Source: Stegostoma tigrinum
Taxonomy: Eukaryota
DNA: 64,000 nt
NCBI RefSeq assembly: GCF_030684315.1
Contig: NC_081382.1
Location: forward strand, 42,083,491 to 42,147,490
Reading direction: 5' to 3'
The notes beneath the pieces were generated by a model. The model saw only the letters and a list, made by a program, of their open reading frames with translations, searched no databases and was not told where the DNA came from. The position numbers and the translations under genes were made by a program. Shown one piece after another: positions 53,846-64,000 of the stretch (the stretch's first letter is position 1; each line of letters starts with the position of its first letter).

Positions 53846-54599
53846 AAAGTTTGTGATAACACGGTGTGAAGCTGGATGAACACAGAGGCCAAGCAGCATC
53901 AGAGGAGCAGGAAAGCTTGATGTTTCGGGTCGGGGCTGTTCTTCAGAAATTAATTCAGAAAGTTTGTGTTTATTTTGGAGAAGTCATTTTGGACTCAGTG
54001 TTAAGTCTGATTCTCTCTTCACATATACTGCCAAACCTGCTGAGTTTCTCCAACAATTTCTGTTCTTATTGCCTAAAGAAAAATACTATTAGAACATAGA
54101 ACAACACAGCGCAGAACAGGCCCTTCGGCCCTCGATGTTGTGCTGACCTGTGAACTAATCTAAGCCCATCCCCCTACACTATCCCATCATCATCATCCAT
54201 ATGCTTATCCAAGAACTGTTTAAATGCCCCTAATGTATTGATCAAGGAAATCTGAGATAAAGACAATACGTTCTAGAAAAACAGAGAATTACAGAAAATC
54301 TAATATGACCAGAACTTCAATTGTGCAAATTGTTCTTATTAACGCAAGACAAAAAGCCTAAACAAATGTATCATGTTTCACAAATATTCAACATGATTAT
54401 TTATTTTTACTCTTATTAGCACAGCATCTCTCATGCTTTCCGTAAGAAAGGATACTTTTGCTGCTGGAGTGGGTAGCCAGGTGACGCCAAATATAAGGCA
54501 GTGATAATGGGAACTGCAGATGTTGGAGAATCCAAGATAACAAAGTGTGAAGCTGGATGAACACAGCAGGCCAAGCAGCATCTCAGGAGCACAAAAGCT

Positions 54600-54627
54600 G
54601 ACGTTTCGGGCCTAGACCCTTCATCAG
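54600..54627 (-). ncRNA. Minimal type I hammerhead core (intact)
   Basis: Reverse complement reads CTGATGAAGGGTCTAGGCCCGAAACGTC. Confidence 0.75.
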
Positions 54628-55056
54628 AGATGGGGTTGCGGAGAGGGAACTGGAATAAATAGGGCGAGAGGGGGAGGCGGACCGAAGATGGAGAGAAAAC
54701 AAGATAGGTGGAGAGGAGAGTATAAGTGGGGAGGGGATAGGTCAGTCCAGGGAAGATGGACAGGTCAAGGAGGTGGGATGAGGTTAGTAGGTAGGAGATG
54801 GAGGTGCGGCTTGGTGTGGGAGGAAGGGATGGGTGAGAGGAAGAACAGGTTAGGGAGGCAGAGACAGGTTGGACTGGTTTTGTGATGCAGTGGGGGGGAG
54901 GGGAAGAACTGGGCTGGGTTGGGGAGCCACCTGAAGGTTGCAGGAACAGCAACTCATATTCCGCTTGGGAACCCTGCAGCCAATGGTATCAAGATAACAA
55001 AGTGTGGAGCTGGATGAACACAGCAGGCCAAGCAGCATCTCAGGAGCACAAAAGCT

Positions 55057-55084
55057 GACGTTTCGGGCCTAGACCCTTCATCAG
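55057..55084 (-). ncRNA. Minimal type I hammerhead core (intact)
   Basis: Reverse complement reads CTGATGAAGGGTCTAGGCCCGAAACGTC. Confidence 0.75.
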
Positions 55085-55339
55085 AGAGGCCTTCATCAGA
55101 GAAACAACCTCAGCCAATGGTATCAATGTGGATTTCACAAGCTTCAAAATCTCGCCTTCCCCACTGCATCCCATCTGCGGTCCGCCTCCCCCCCTATTTA
55201 TTCCAGTTCCCTCTCCCCATCCCCAACTTTGATGAGGGGTCTAGGCCCGAAACGTCAGCTTTTGTGCTCCTGAGATGCTGCTTGGCCTGCTGTGTTCATC
55301 CAGCCTCATAACTTTGTTATCTCAAATATAAAGCAGGTT

Positions 55340-55520
55340 TGCAACGACATCACGTACGCGAAGGTCCGCCCACAACCTTCTATTAGTTGGAAATGAGTGA
55401 TTGACAGGTCGCATGTGGCAGCAGTTGTCCAATTAGCGAGTGGGGCGTGCTGCACCGAGGCGGGAGCGCGCGGGGTTTAAAAACATTTCAAGCGGCGTGT
55501 CCGTTAACGGCTCAACTGAC
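55340..55520 (+). promoter_or_regulatory. PKN3 promoter (small CpG cluster)
   Basis: Local CpG enrichment, CCAAT 55429, GGGGCGTG 55442 and TTTAAAA 55476 upstream of the ATG at 55599. Confidence 0.6.
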
Positions 55521-55598
55521 TGAGGGGAAATAAATGGAGTAGGAATGACCAGACAGCATCATCCTTTCCGTGGAAAAAAATAAAGTTGCTGAGGCACG

Positions 55599-55619
55599 AT
55601 GGCGGGGACTTGCAAACAG
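55599..55619 (+). CDS. PKN3: PKN family kinase exon 1 (MAGTCKQ)
   Basis: ACGATGG Kozak and CAG|GTCAGG phase 0; resembles the short MASDAVQ N-terminus of PKN1 and fits the exon 2 phase. Confidence 0.65.
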
Positions 55620-57765
55620 GTCAGGAAAAGTTACAAAACAAAATTGCTAGTGAAGCTCAACGAGTCAAAAAAAATCGCGAATCCGGTCCCGATGTTCCCT
55701 CACTCCATAAGAGGGAATCTCCCGGACAGAGTCCTATTCAAGGGCAGTATTTTTTTAAAAATACGCAGCATTCAAATTTCAGTATCAGTCGGTCGTGAGT
55801 TTGAGTCTTCATTCGAGACACATGGTACAACTTTCTAAAACGACGGCCTCTGGCGGAGGGTCAGCGCCGAGGGTGTGGGCACTGTCGAAGCGTGAGGGCT
55901 GAGGGATCGCTGCTCTGTTGGAGGGCCAGCGTTTCTAATACTTCACACCAAAGGTCTGACTGTGGTCATGTGTAAAAGAAATAGCTGTTTGTGCAGAGCA
56001 GAATTTTGGTTTGGTAGAATAGTGACTATGTTATTGAACTATGTTGGTGAGTCATCTTGAGGCCTGAGTTAATGATATACAGACAAGTGTTCAGAGTGCA
56101 CTGTAATAATTTGTGTCTTGGCTAGTGGAAAAAAAATACTGGTAATGTTGACTATGAAGTTACTGGTTGGTATAGAAGATTGATTGTTGATATTGTGTTG
56201 GGAAGGATTCTTGCCATTGCCACTCATCTGTTGTGTATGTGACTCCAGACGCAGGACACAGTAAATATCCTCTTAAACTAGCCAAGCAAGCTGCTTAGTT
56301 GTTTGGGACTGACAAGAAGTGCTGACCTTTAGGTTATGTGTATGACCAGTAAACGCTTTTACTTAACGAATTGTGTGTTTCCTTGTGTGCAGCTAAATAT
56401 CTATCCCTAAACCAATCTTTTCTTTCCAGAAAAATTATTTTGGCATTACCCACATCTCTGCAACTGTTGATAGGATCTTTCAGTTTTCATGCCAGTTTTC
56501 TTTGTTATAACAGTGACTGCAATTCAAACGCAATCTACTGGTTGTTGAATGCTTTCTATCATAAGATAGTGGAAATGGTGATAGAAATACAAGTACCAAA
56601 CTATTTGAAATACCACTATAGAATTGGCAGCACCTGTGAAGAGAGGAACAGAATTAATGTTTCGGATCCATTGACCTTTCTTTAGAAGGAATGCATATAT
56701 TTATTTTACTCACCTGATGCCTTACTAGGCCTGAGGAAATTAAAACTTTCCAAAATGTTTAATAGACCATGGTTGAGATGTTGTGACTGTTTAGGCTAAA
56801 TGTTCAGGGAAGCAAGTGGCTTAAGCCACTTGTTTGTTCCTGTTTTTTTTCTCTGGGGAAAATAGCTCAGATTTTTGTTCTAATTTGAAAGTTAGTCAGA
56901 ATAATCAAATGGGGCAATGCAGAAAGCCAGCAAAAACTGAGCAGTTCCTGAAAGAGATGACTCAAATTATACAGCACTTAATGCAGGCTAATTTTTGGGA
57001 ACAGTTTGTTTTTAATAAAACTTTTGAAGGGAATGTGGTAAGTGTAACCATACCACAACTGAATGATGTAATGAATTGGAATTATCACTAGTAACTTTAG
57101 TGACATAAAACACAGGAAATGGGAATAGGAACATTTTAATATCTTGGCTTGTTCTAACTGAAATAATTTGACCAAGATAACAACTTAAAATCAATTCAGT
57201 TTAGCTATTAAAAGTTAGCTATCAAGCTTGGAGTCTTTTTAAGGCATTTGATCTACAGTAGATTATTGATCCATTTGTTGCCAACTTTGGCTCACTAGCA
57301 AAAACAAGAATTGCTGGACAAACTTCTGTATGGCTCTGAAGAAGGGTCACAGGATGTAAAACATTGACTCTGTATTCTCTCCATAGATGCTGCCAGGCTT
57401 GCTGAGTTTATCTAGCAATTTCTGTTTTAATTCATTTCATATCTCCTGCATTTGTAGTTCTTTGTTTTCCTTGATAATACCCAGTCTATGTTGAAAGGAC
57501 TTAGTGAAAGAACAAACCAGGATATGACCATGTAATCTAGCTAGTCTTTGAAGCAGGGCTAATGTTGTTTAGTTGCATTTTCAGAAGCTTTGTCTTTCTG
57601 ACCAGATGCCATATTAAACCAAGCCTTTTTAGTCAAAAGCTAATAGAATATTTCAAAGTTCAACTGCTATTGTTGTTGTTACAAGTGCTGCAGTAAATCA
57701 CTAAATGTTGCAATTTTATCTGCTGTCATAATGAAAATAAGTAACCATTCATCTAATTTATCTAG

Positions 57766-58066
57766 AGCAATTCCTACCAGCTGTTGATCAACCAGAGGCT
57801 GGACCTGGAAGAGGGAGCTGATCTCTTGGATCCAGATATGCAACAAAAACTTGATGAAGTAAAAGATCTGATTCGCCGCGAAATACAAAAGGAGCTAAAA
57901 ATCAAAGAGGGAACGGAGAACTTGCGCAAAGTGACAACGGATAAGAAAAATCTGGCACATGTGGAAAGCATTTTGAAAACCTCAAATCGCAAATTGAAAC
58001 GTCTGCATTGGGAACTTCAGGAGCTGAATGCACGAATTATGATCACAGACAGGGACAGTCAGGGAG
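57766..58066 (+). CDS. PKN3: PKN family kinase exon 2 (HR1a Rho-binding domain)
   Basis: TCTAG|AGC..GGAG|GTGAGT; QQKLDEVKDLIRREIQKELKIKEGTENLRKVTTDKK..LQELNA. The PKN3 paralog call rests on synteny with SET and WDR34. Confidence 0.85.
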
Positions 58067-58879
58067 GTGAGTGCAACTTGCAGCTGAATGTTGGATAAGA
58101 AGACCTAAGCCTTTATGTGGAGCTAAAACATTAGGTATATGACTCTACAAAAACTGATTTTTTTAAAAAAATTAGAATGTAGCTTAGTATTGAAATGTTC
58201 ATTTTTCAAGCTCCTTTCCACAGTCTTAGTGATAATTTCTTGATTCACCTGTTGATCTTTCTGGGGCTAGGGAAATAAATTTTACTCTTTCACTAGTTCA
58301 CAGGCTAGATTCATCACCCAGTTTGCTACATATATGTGGTAAGTACTTTGAGCTTGGCCAATGAAGATGCCACAGTAAGTGTCTCAGATCCTGAACCAGA
58401 AGCAAAATAAAATTATCAAGAATTCCTGCTCCTGATCACTTTTTGAACCTCTTGCTGAAAAGTGCACACGCAAGCAGGTTTAACTATTTAAGTCCCAAGT
58501 TTGTTTCTCCATGTTAAAAACTGCTGACTTTAGGATCTCACAGCTCACTTGAATAATTGACGGAAGTACCTACAGTATATGAAAATTATACGCAGCAATG
58601 TTGCGAGAGGAAATTTTAAAAAGGACACGGTAAATGAACCAACCGTATCTAATTGTGAAGAAGAACCCAATGACCAGATAGACTTATTGGAGATTAGGTA
58701 ACTGTGATGGTAGAAGAATTGCTTTTGTTGAATTGAGAAATGTTTGCAAACACTTATCTTGTATATGGTTCTTTAAGGTGATTTCATGAAATTGTAGAAT
58801 CCCTACAGTGTGGAAAGAGGCCATTCAGCCCATTGAGTTTGTACCAAACCTCCAAAAAGCATCCCACCTGGCTTTAGTA

Positions 58880-61150
58880 CCTGAGGAGATGCTATGGCGC
58901 TGAATGTTTTGCGATCATCAGTAAACATCCTCACTTCTGATGGAAGGTGGTTGTGCCTACAACACTGCCCTGAAGAACTCCTGCTGAGAAGTCCTGAGAT
59001 GACTGAGCTCCAACAGCTATAACTATATATTTTCCTATGTGGCATGTATGATTCCAACCAGAAGAGAGTCTGCCCACCAATACCCATTAGTTCAAGTATT
59101 GCTAGGGCTCTTGATGCCTCATTCGGTCAAATGTGGCTTTGATATCAAGGGTTGTTGCACTCACTGTTACCTCTGGAATTCAGCTTTTTTGTCCTTGTTT
59201 GAACCCAGGCTGTAATGTGGTCAGGAGCTGAGTGGCCCTGGGGGAACACAAACTGAGTACTAACGAGCAGGCGCTGCTTGACAGTAATGTGTTTGATCAC
59301 TTTTTACAGATGATTGATAGACTGAGAGAACGGTAATTGGCTGGGTTTAATATGTCCTGTACAGAAAAAAACAGGACAAACCTGGGCAATTTTCCACATT
59401 GTCGGGTAGGTACAATGTTGTAACTGTACTGGAACAGCTTGGCTGGAGGAGCAACAAGTTCTGGAGCTCAAACTTTCAGTACTACTGCTGAAATATTGTT
59501 AGGGACCATAAACTGTGCAGAATTAAATGCCTCTAACAGTTTCTTGACTTTATTTATTTCTTTTCAAAATTCATCTGACGAATGAAGGTGTCACTGGCTG
59601 AGCCAGCATTTACAGTCCATCCCTAATTGCCCAGAGGGAAGTTAAGAGTAAACCGCAGTGTGGTCTGGACTCACAGGTAGGCCAGATCAGTTAAGGCTGG
59701 GAGTTTCCTTCTCTGAAAGATATTAGTGAGCCAGATGGATTTTTCCTGGACAAAAGATTCTTGGTCATCATTAGACTCTTGATTCCAGACATTTATTGAA
59801 TTCTAATTTCACTATCTACTGTGGGAGGGGGGATTTGAACACAGGTCCCCAAGATGTTACCATTATCTGGATCTATCTCGATTAACAGTCCAGCAATAAT
59901 ATCACTAGGCCATCATCTTCCCCTATCACAAGGACTGAATCAAATTGCCTGAAGTCTGGCATTTGTCTTTTGGAGGAGGATCATCCACTTGGCAATCTTC
60001 AGCCAGAAGTGCCATGAATGTTTGAGCTTTATCTGTTGCACTGATGTGTTGAGCTCTTCTTTCTTCAAGGACAGTGATACTTGTGGAGCCACCTTCTCCA
60101 ATGAGTTGTTTAATTGTCCAACACCATTCATGACTGGATATGGCAGGGCTGCAGAGCTTAGATCTGATCCATTGGTTTTGGGATCACTTGCTGTTTGGCA
60201 TGCAAGTAGCTCTGTTTGGTAGCTTCACCAGGTTGACACCTCATTTTTTAGGTATACATAATGCTATTCCTGGCATGTTCTCCTGCATTGCCCATCGGAC
60301 AAGGGTCGATCCCCTGGTGTGGTGGTTTTGGTTGAGTGGGGGATATGTCAAGCCATTAGTGTGAAGATTATGCTGCAGAAAAATTCTGCTGCTGTAATGG
60401 CCCACAGTGTTTCATGGATGCCCAGTCTTGAGTTGCTAGATCTGTTTGATGTTTATCCCATTTTGGCACAGTGATAATGCCATGCAGCATTTTTGGAGGC
60501 TATTCACAATGTGAGGGCTTCATCTCCACAAAAGCACTGTATGGTGGTCACTCTCACTGTCATGATCTGATGCATTGGCAGCGATGAAGTCAAATATGTT
60601 TTTCCCTCCCTTGTTGATTCTCTCACCACCTGCTGCAGACCAAACCTAGCAGCTTTGCCATTTAGGACCTGACCTGCTTGTTCAGTAGTGCTGGTACCAA
60701 GTCACTCTTGGTGGTGGACATTGAAATCCCCCACCCAGAGTGCACTTGTGCCCTTTCCATCCTCAGTGCTTCCTCCAAGTGTTTAACATGGAGGGATTCT
60801 GATTCATCAGCCAAGGGAGGATGGAACATGGTAATCAGAAGGTTTCCTTGCCCACGTTTAACCTAAAACCTTGAGACTTCATTCAGTCTGGAGCTACCTC
60901 TGCTAGGTCTGTCTTGCCGGGAAGACAGAACTGATCCAGTGATGGTGGTATCTGAGATTTTTCTGTATGATTCCATGAATATGACTATGTCAGGCTGTTG
61001 CTTGACAGCTTCCCCAGTTCTGCCACCATCATCCAGATGTTAGTAAGGAGGATTTTGCAGAGTCAACAGGGCTGTTTCTGCTGTTGTCTTTCTCAGTGTC
61101 TTGATTGATGCCGGGCAACTGTCCAGTTGCATTCTTTGTTGAGATTTTGT
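58880..61150 (-). mobile_element. Long degenerate L2/CR1-clade LINE with nested DeuSINE (about 59570-59920)
   Basis: SEVRMFTDD RT motif near 58920, GIGGQTLFWLESY, and endonuclease-like GDFNVH near 60725. Confidence 0.55.
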
Positions 61151-62084
61151 AACAAAGACTTATGCTGGAAGATATGAAGAACATTAGTGAGCCAGATGGT
61201 TTTTTTCTAACAGTTGACATTGGTTTCATGGTCACTGATAGATTCTTGATTTTCAGAATTTTAAAAACGGAATTAAGATTCCACCATCTGGCGTGGCAGG
61301 ACTTGAACCTGGGCCCCCAGAGCATTAGCTGAGTTTCTGGATTAATAATCTAGGGATAATACCACTTTACTATTGCCTTTCGTTAGCATTGTTTGAGGAT
61401 TGGTTAACTCACAGAAGACAAGAGTTGGGAAGACAACTAGTGGACCTAGCACCTCAACAGTTTATTATTCATGCTGATGATTTAAGGATGGGGTAGGAGC
61501 GTAATATATTTAAATTTGCTGACAATACAAAAATCATCTTGAGGGCATGTTGCAATAATAGCATAAGAAGCAAAATAAGAGAATATAGGTCGAGAGAGCG
61601 TTAAAAACTCAGCAGATGGAGTTTAATGGAGCAAGGTGAGAGATCATGCACTTTTCCAATTGTAAAGAAGAATCAAAAGGCAGACAACTATTTTAAGTAG
61701 AAATTTGAGATGCAGTGAAGGGAATCTAGGTGTTCTTGTACACAAAACACACTGAATTGGCATACAGGTGTACCAAGTGATTCAGGCAAATGAAATTTTG
61801 CCATTTCTATAGAACATTACAGCACAGTACTGGCCCTTCGGCCCTTGATGTTGTGCCGACCTGTCATACCTGTTGCCAGGTCTTTGAGTTTTAAAAATAG
61901 GGAAGTGTTGTTACAGCTGTATAGGGCAGAAGTGAGGCCACACCTGGAGTTCAGTCTGCAGTTTTGGGACCTGTATTTAATTTAGGATGCCCTGGCAATG
62001 TAGACAGCTCCAAAGAGTATTGCCAGACTGATTACTGTGGATCAGGATAGATGTGGAGATACTGGTGTTGGACTGGGGTGGACA

Positions 62085-63632
62085 CCATCTGAAGTTACAC
62101 GAGACTAGGTTATAGCCCAGCAGGTTTACTTGAAATCTCCAGCTTTTGGATTGTAGTGCCTTTTGTCAGGTGAAATGAGGGAGAGCACATAGACACAGAA
62201 TTTTATAGGCAGAGAGGTCAAAACGCCATACAAATGATGTGAGTAGAGTGTCGCATTGTAAGTCTCGGCAGGTGATCAAAATTGTCAGATGGTGTAACAG
62301 CTGAATAACAAGTGAAGGAATGAGCTAAATCCAATTTAAATGAGGCAGATTTTTTTAACAAAATAAAAATAAGGTGGTGTTGGAGACAAACCGAATGACT
62401 AGAATAACATGATAGGTAGAAGAGTCATATGCTGAGGGTCTAACTATAAGAATGGGATACAATGCTCAACTCGTCGATCACCAGTTCCAACATTCAACAG
62501 TGGCAAAACTGCAGTGACCTCCTCGGAGGATAGACACAGGATACGACCAACAGAGTACCCTTCGTCCAGTACTTCCCCAGAGTAGAGAAGCTACACCATG
62601 CTCTTCGCAGCCTTCAGCATGTCATTGATGAAAAGCATCTTGTGAAGATCTTCCCCACACTTTCACTTCTTGCCTTCAAACAAGCACTAAACCTTAAACA
62701 GACCATCTTTTGCAGCACACTACCCAAACTTCAGGACAACATCAACCATGCAACCCTGCCTTGGCAGCCTCTGCAAGACATGTCAGATCATTTTGTTATG
62801 GATACTACCATCACACATGGGAACACCACCCACCATGTGCACAGCAGATGTTTATGTGACTTGGTCAAAGTTGTCTATCTCAAATGCTGCCAGCAAGGAT
62901 ACCCTGAGGCATGGTATATTAGGAAAACTATGGCAATGGATGAATGGACCCTGCGTAACATGAATGTTCCCTTCCAGTCAGGGAACATTTCAGCCATCAA
63001 AGATGTTCAGCCTCTAATCTTCAGGTAAGCGTCTTCCAAGGCGGTCTTCAAGATGCACAACAATGCAGAATCACCAAGCAGAAACTGATAGCTAAGTTCC
63101 GTACCCATGAAGACATCCTCAGCTACGAACTTGGGTTCCTGTTGAGCTTTATGTAACCTCGTCGTGCTGCTCTGTATTTGTAAAATCTTCCTTGCTGTCC
63201 TGATATGACTCCCCCACCTTGATTAAATTATGATCTCTCTATCTTAAGTAATTCAAGACTGTACAAACTAATTATTACTTTGGTTAGACCCTCAGCATGT
63301 GACTGTTGTACCTATCATCATGTTATTCCAGCCACTGGTTTGTCTCCAGTACCACCTTATTCTTAATTTTTGTAATTATCTCCCGACCTCATTTAATCAG
63401 ATTATACGTCATTCCTTCACTTGTTATTCAGCTGTTGACACTACTCATACTGTCTGATGGTCTTGATCACCTGCAGAGATTTATTTGACAGTCCAGCCAC
63501 ACCATTTGTGTGATCTTTTGATCTCTCTGCCTATAAATTCTGTGCCTGCCTGCTTCTCTCTCTCTACACCAAAGAGCTATGCTTCAAAAGCTTGTGATTT
63601 CAAATAAACCTGGTGTTGTGTGACTTCTGACA
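62085..63632 (+). mobile_element. Penelope-like element with about 350-bp terminal inverted repeats, inserted in a CR1 relic
   Basis: RVPFVQYFP, LLAFKQALNLKQ and VVYLKCCQQG..AWYI GIY-YIG relic; 62090-62443 is the diverged reverse complement of 63281-63630. Confidence 0.75.
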
Positions 63633-64000
63633 TTGTCCTGACTTAAGAAATGCTAAACAGATTAGGCTTTCATTCATTTAGAGTTTAGAAGAATGCGGGT
63701 CATTGGGTCAAAATCCTAGAATTCCTTGAGCTGTAATGTGGGCCTACCCACATCATATGGGTGACAGGTGTTTGAGGAGGCAGGTAACCATCACCTTTTT
63801 CAAGGGCAACCTGGAGCAGGCAATAAATGGTCAGCCAGTGTCATCCACGTCACAGGAGTGAATATTTTGTTATTATGATATAAAATGTTATTAAAATACA
63901 CAAATTTCTGAGAGGGGCTTGATTGGAAAAATGCTTCCACTAGTGAAGGGATTTCAACCTGGGAGCCATAGTGAAGGAATAAAGGGACATTCTCATTTAA

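Larger units (their letters stand above)
54502..55322. mobile_element. Composite Penelope insertion (two minus-strand and one plus-strand terminal repeats) abutting the PKN3 promoter
   Basis: Flanked by CAAATATAAGGCAG (54488) and CAAATATAAAGCAG (55323); three hammerhead motifs. Confidence 0.8.

Noticed and set aside
55586-55838. Longer ORFs at PKN3 exon 1 with a downstream GTGAGT donor
   Set aside because: That donor is phase 1 relative to the ATG and does not fit phase-0 exon 2; no PKN similarity

Overview
Vertebrate genomic DNA, most likely from an elasmobranch (shark), judged from HE1/V-SINE, DeuSINE, CR1 and Penelope repeats and spliceosomal gene structure. It contains the block DYNC2I2/WDR34 (minus strand, first 3 coding exons; the gene continues off the left edge), SET (plus strand, complete 8-exon CDS, 280 aa) and PKN3 (plus strand, first 2 coding exons), in the same order as human 9q34. 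Between SET and PKN3 lies an extra two-exon minus-strand gene that the ORF track only half shows. It encodes a 174-aa protein made of a signal peptide and a stand-alone cereblon-type CULT domain. WDR34 and SET share a roughly 640-bp CpG-rich bidirectional promoter. SET has a GC-AG last intron and a candidate unannotated alternative first exon. Intergenic and intronic DNA is dense with CR1, Rex1-like, RTE and L2-like LINE relics, SINEs and a decayed Gypsy provirus. It also holds at least three Penelope-like families carrying minimal hammerhead ribozyme cores, several intact and arranged as tandem or inverted units with 8-15 bp target-site duplications. Exon coordinates were counted by hand; repeat boundaries are approximate and no database search was run.
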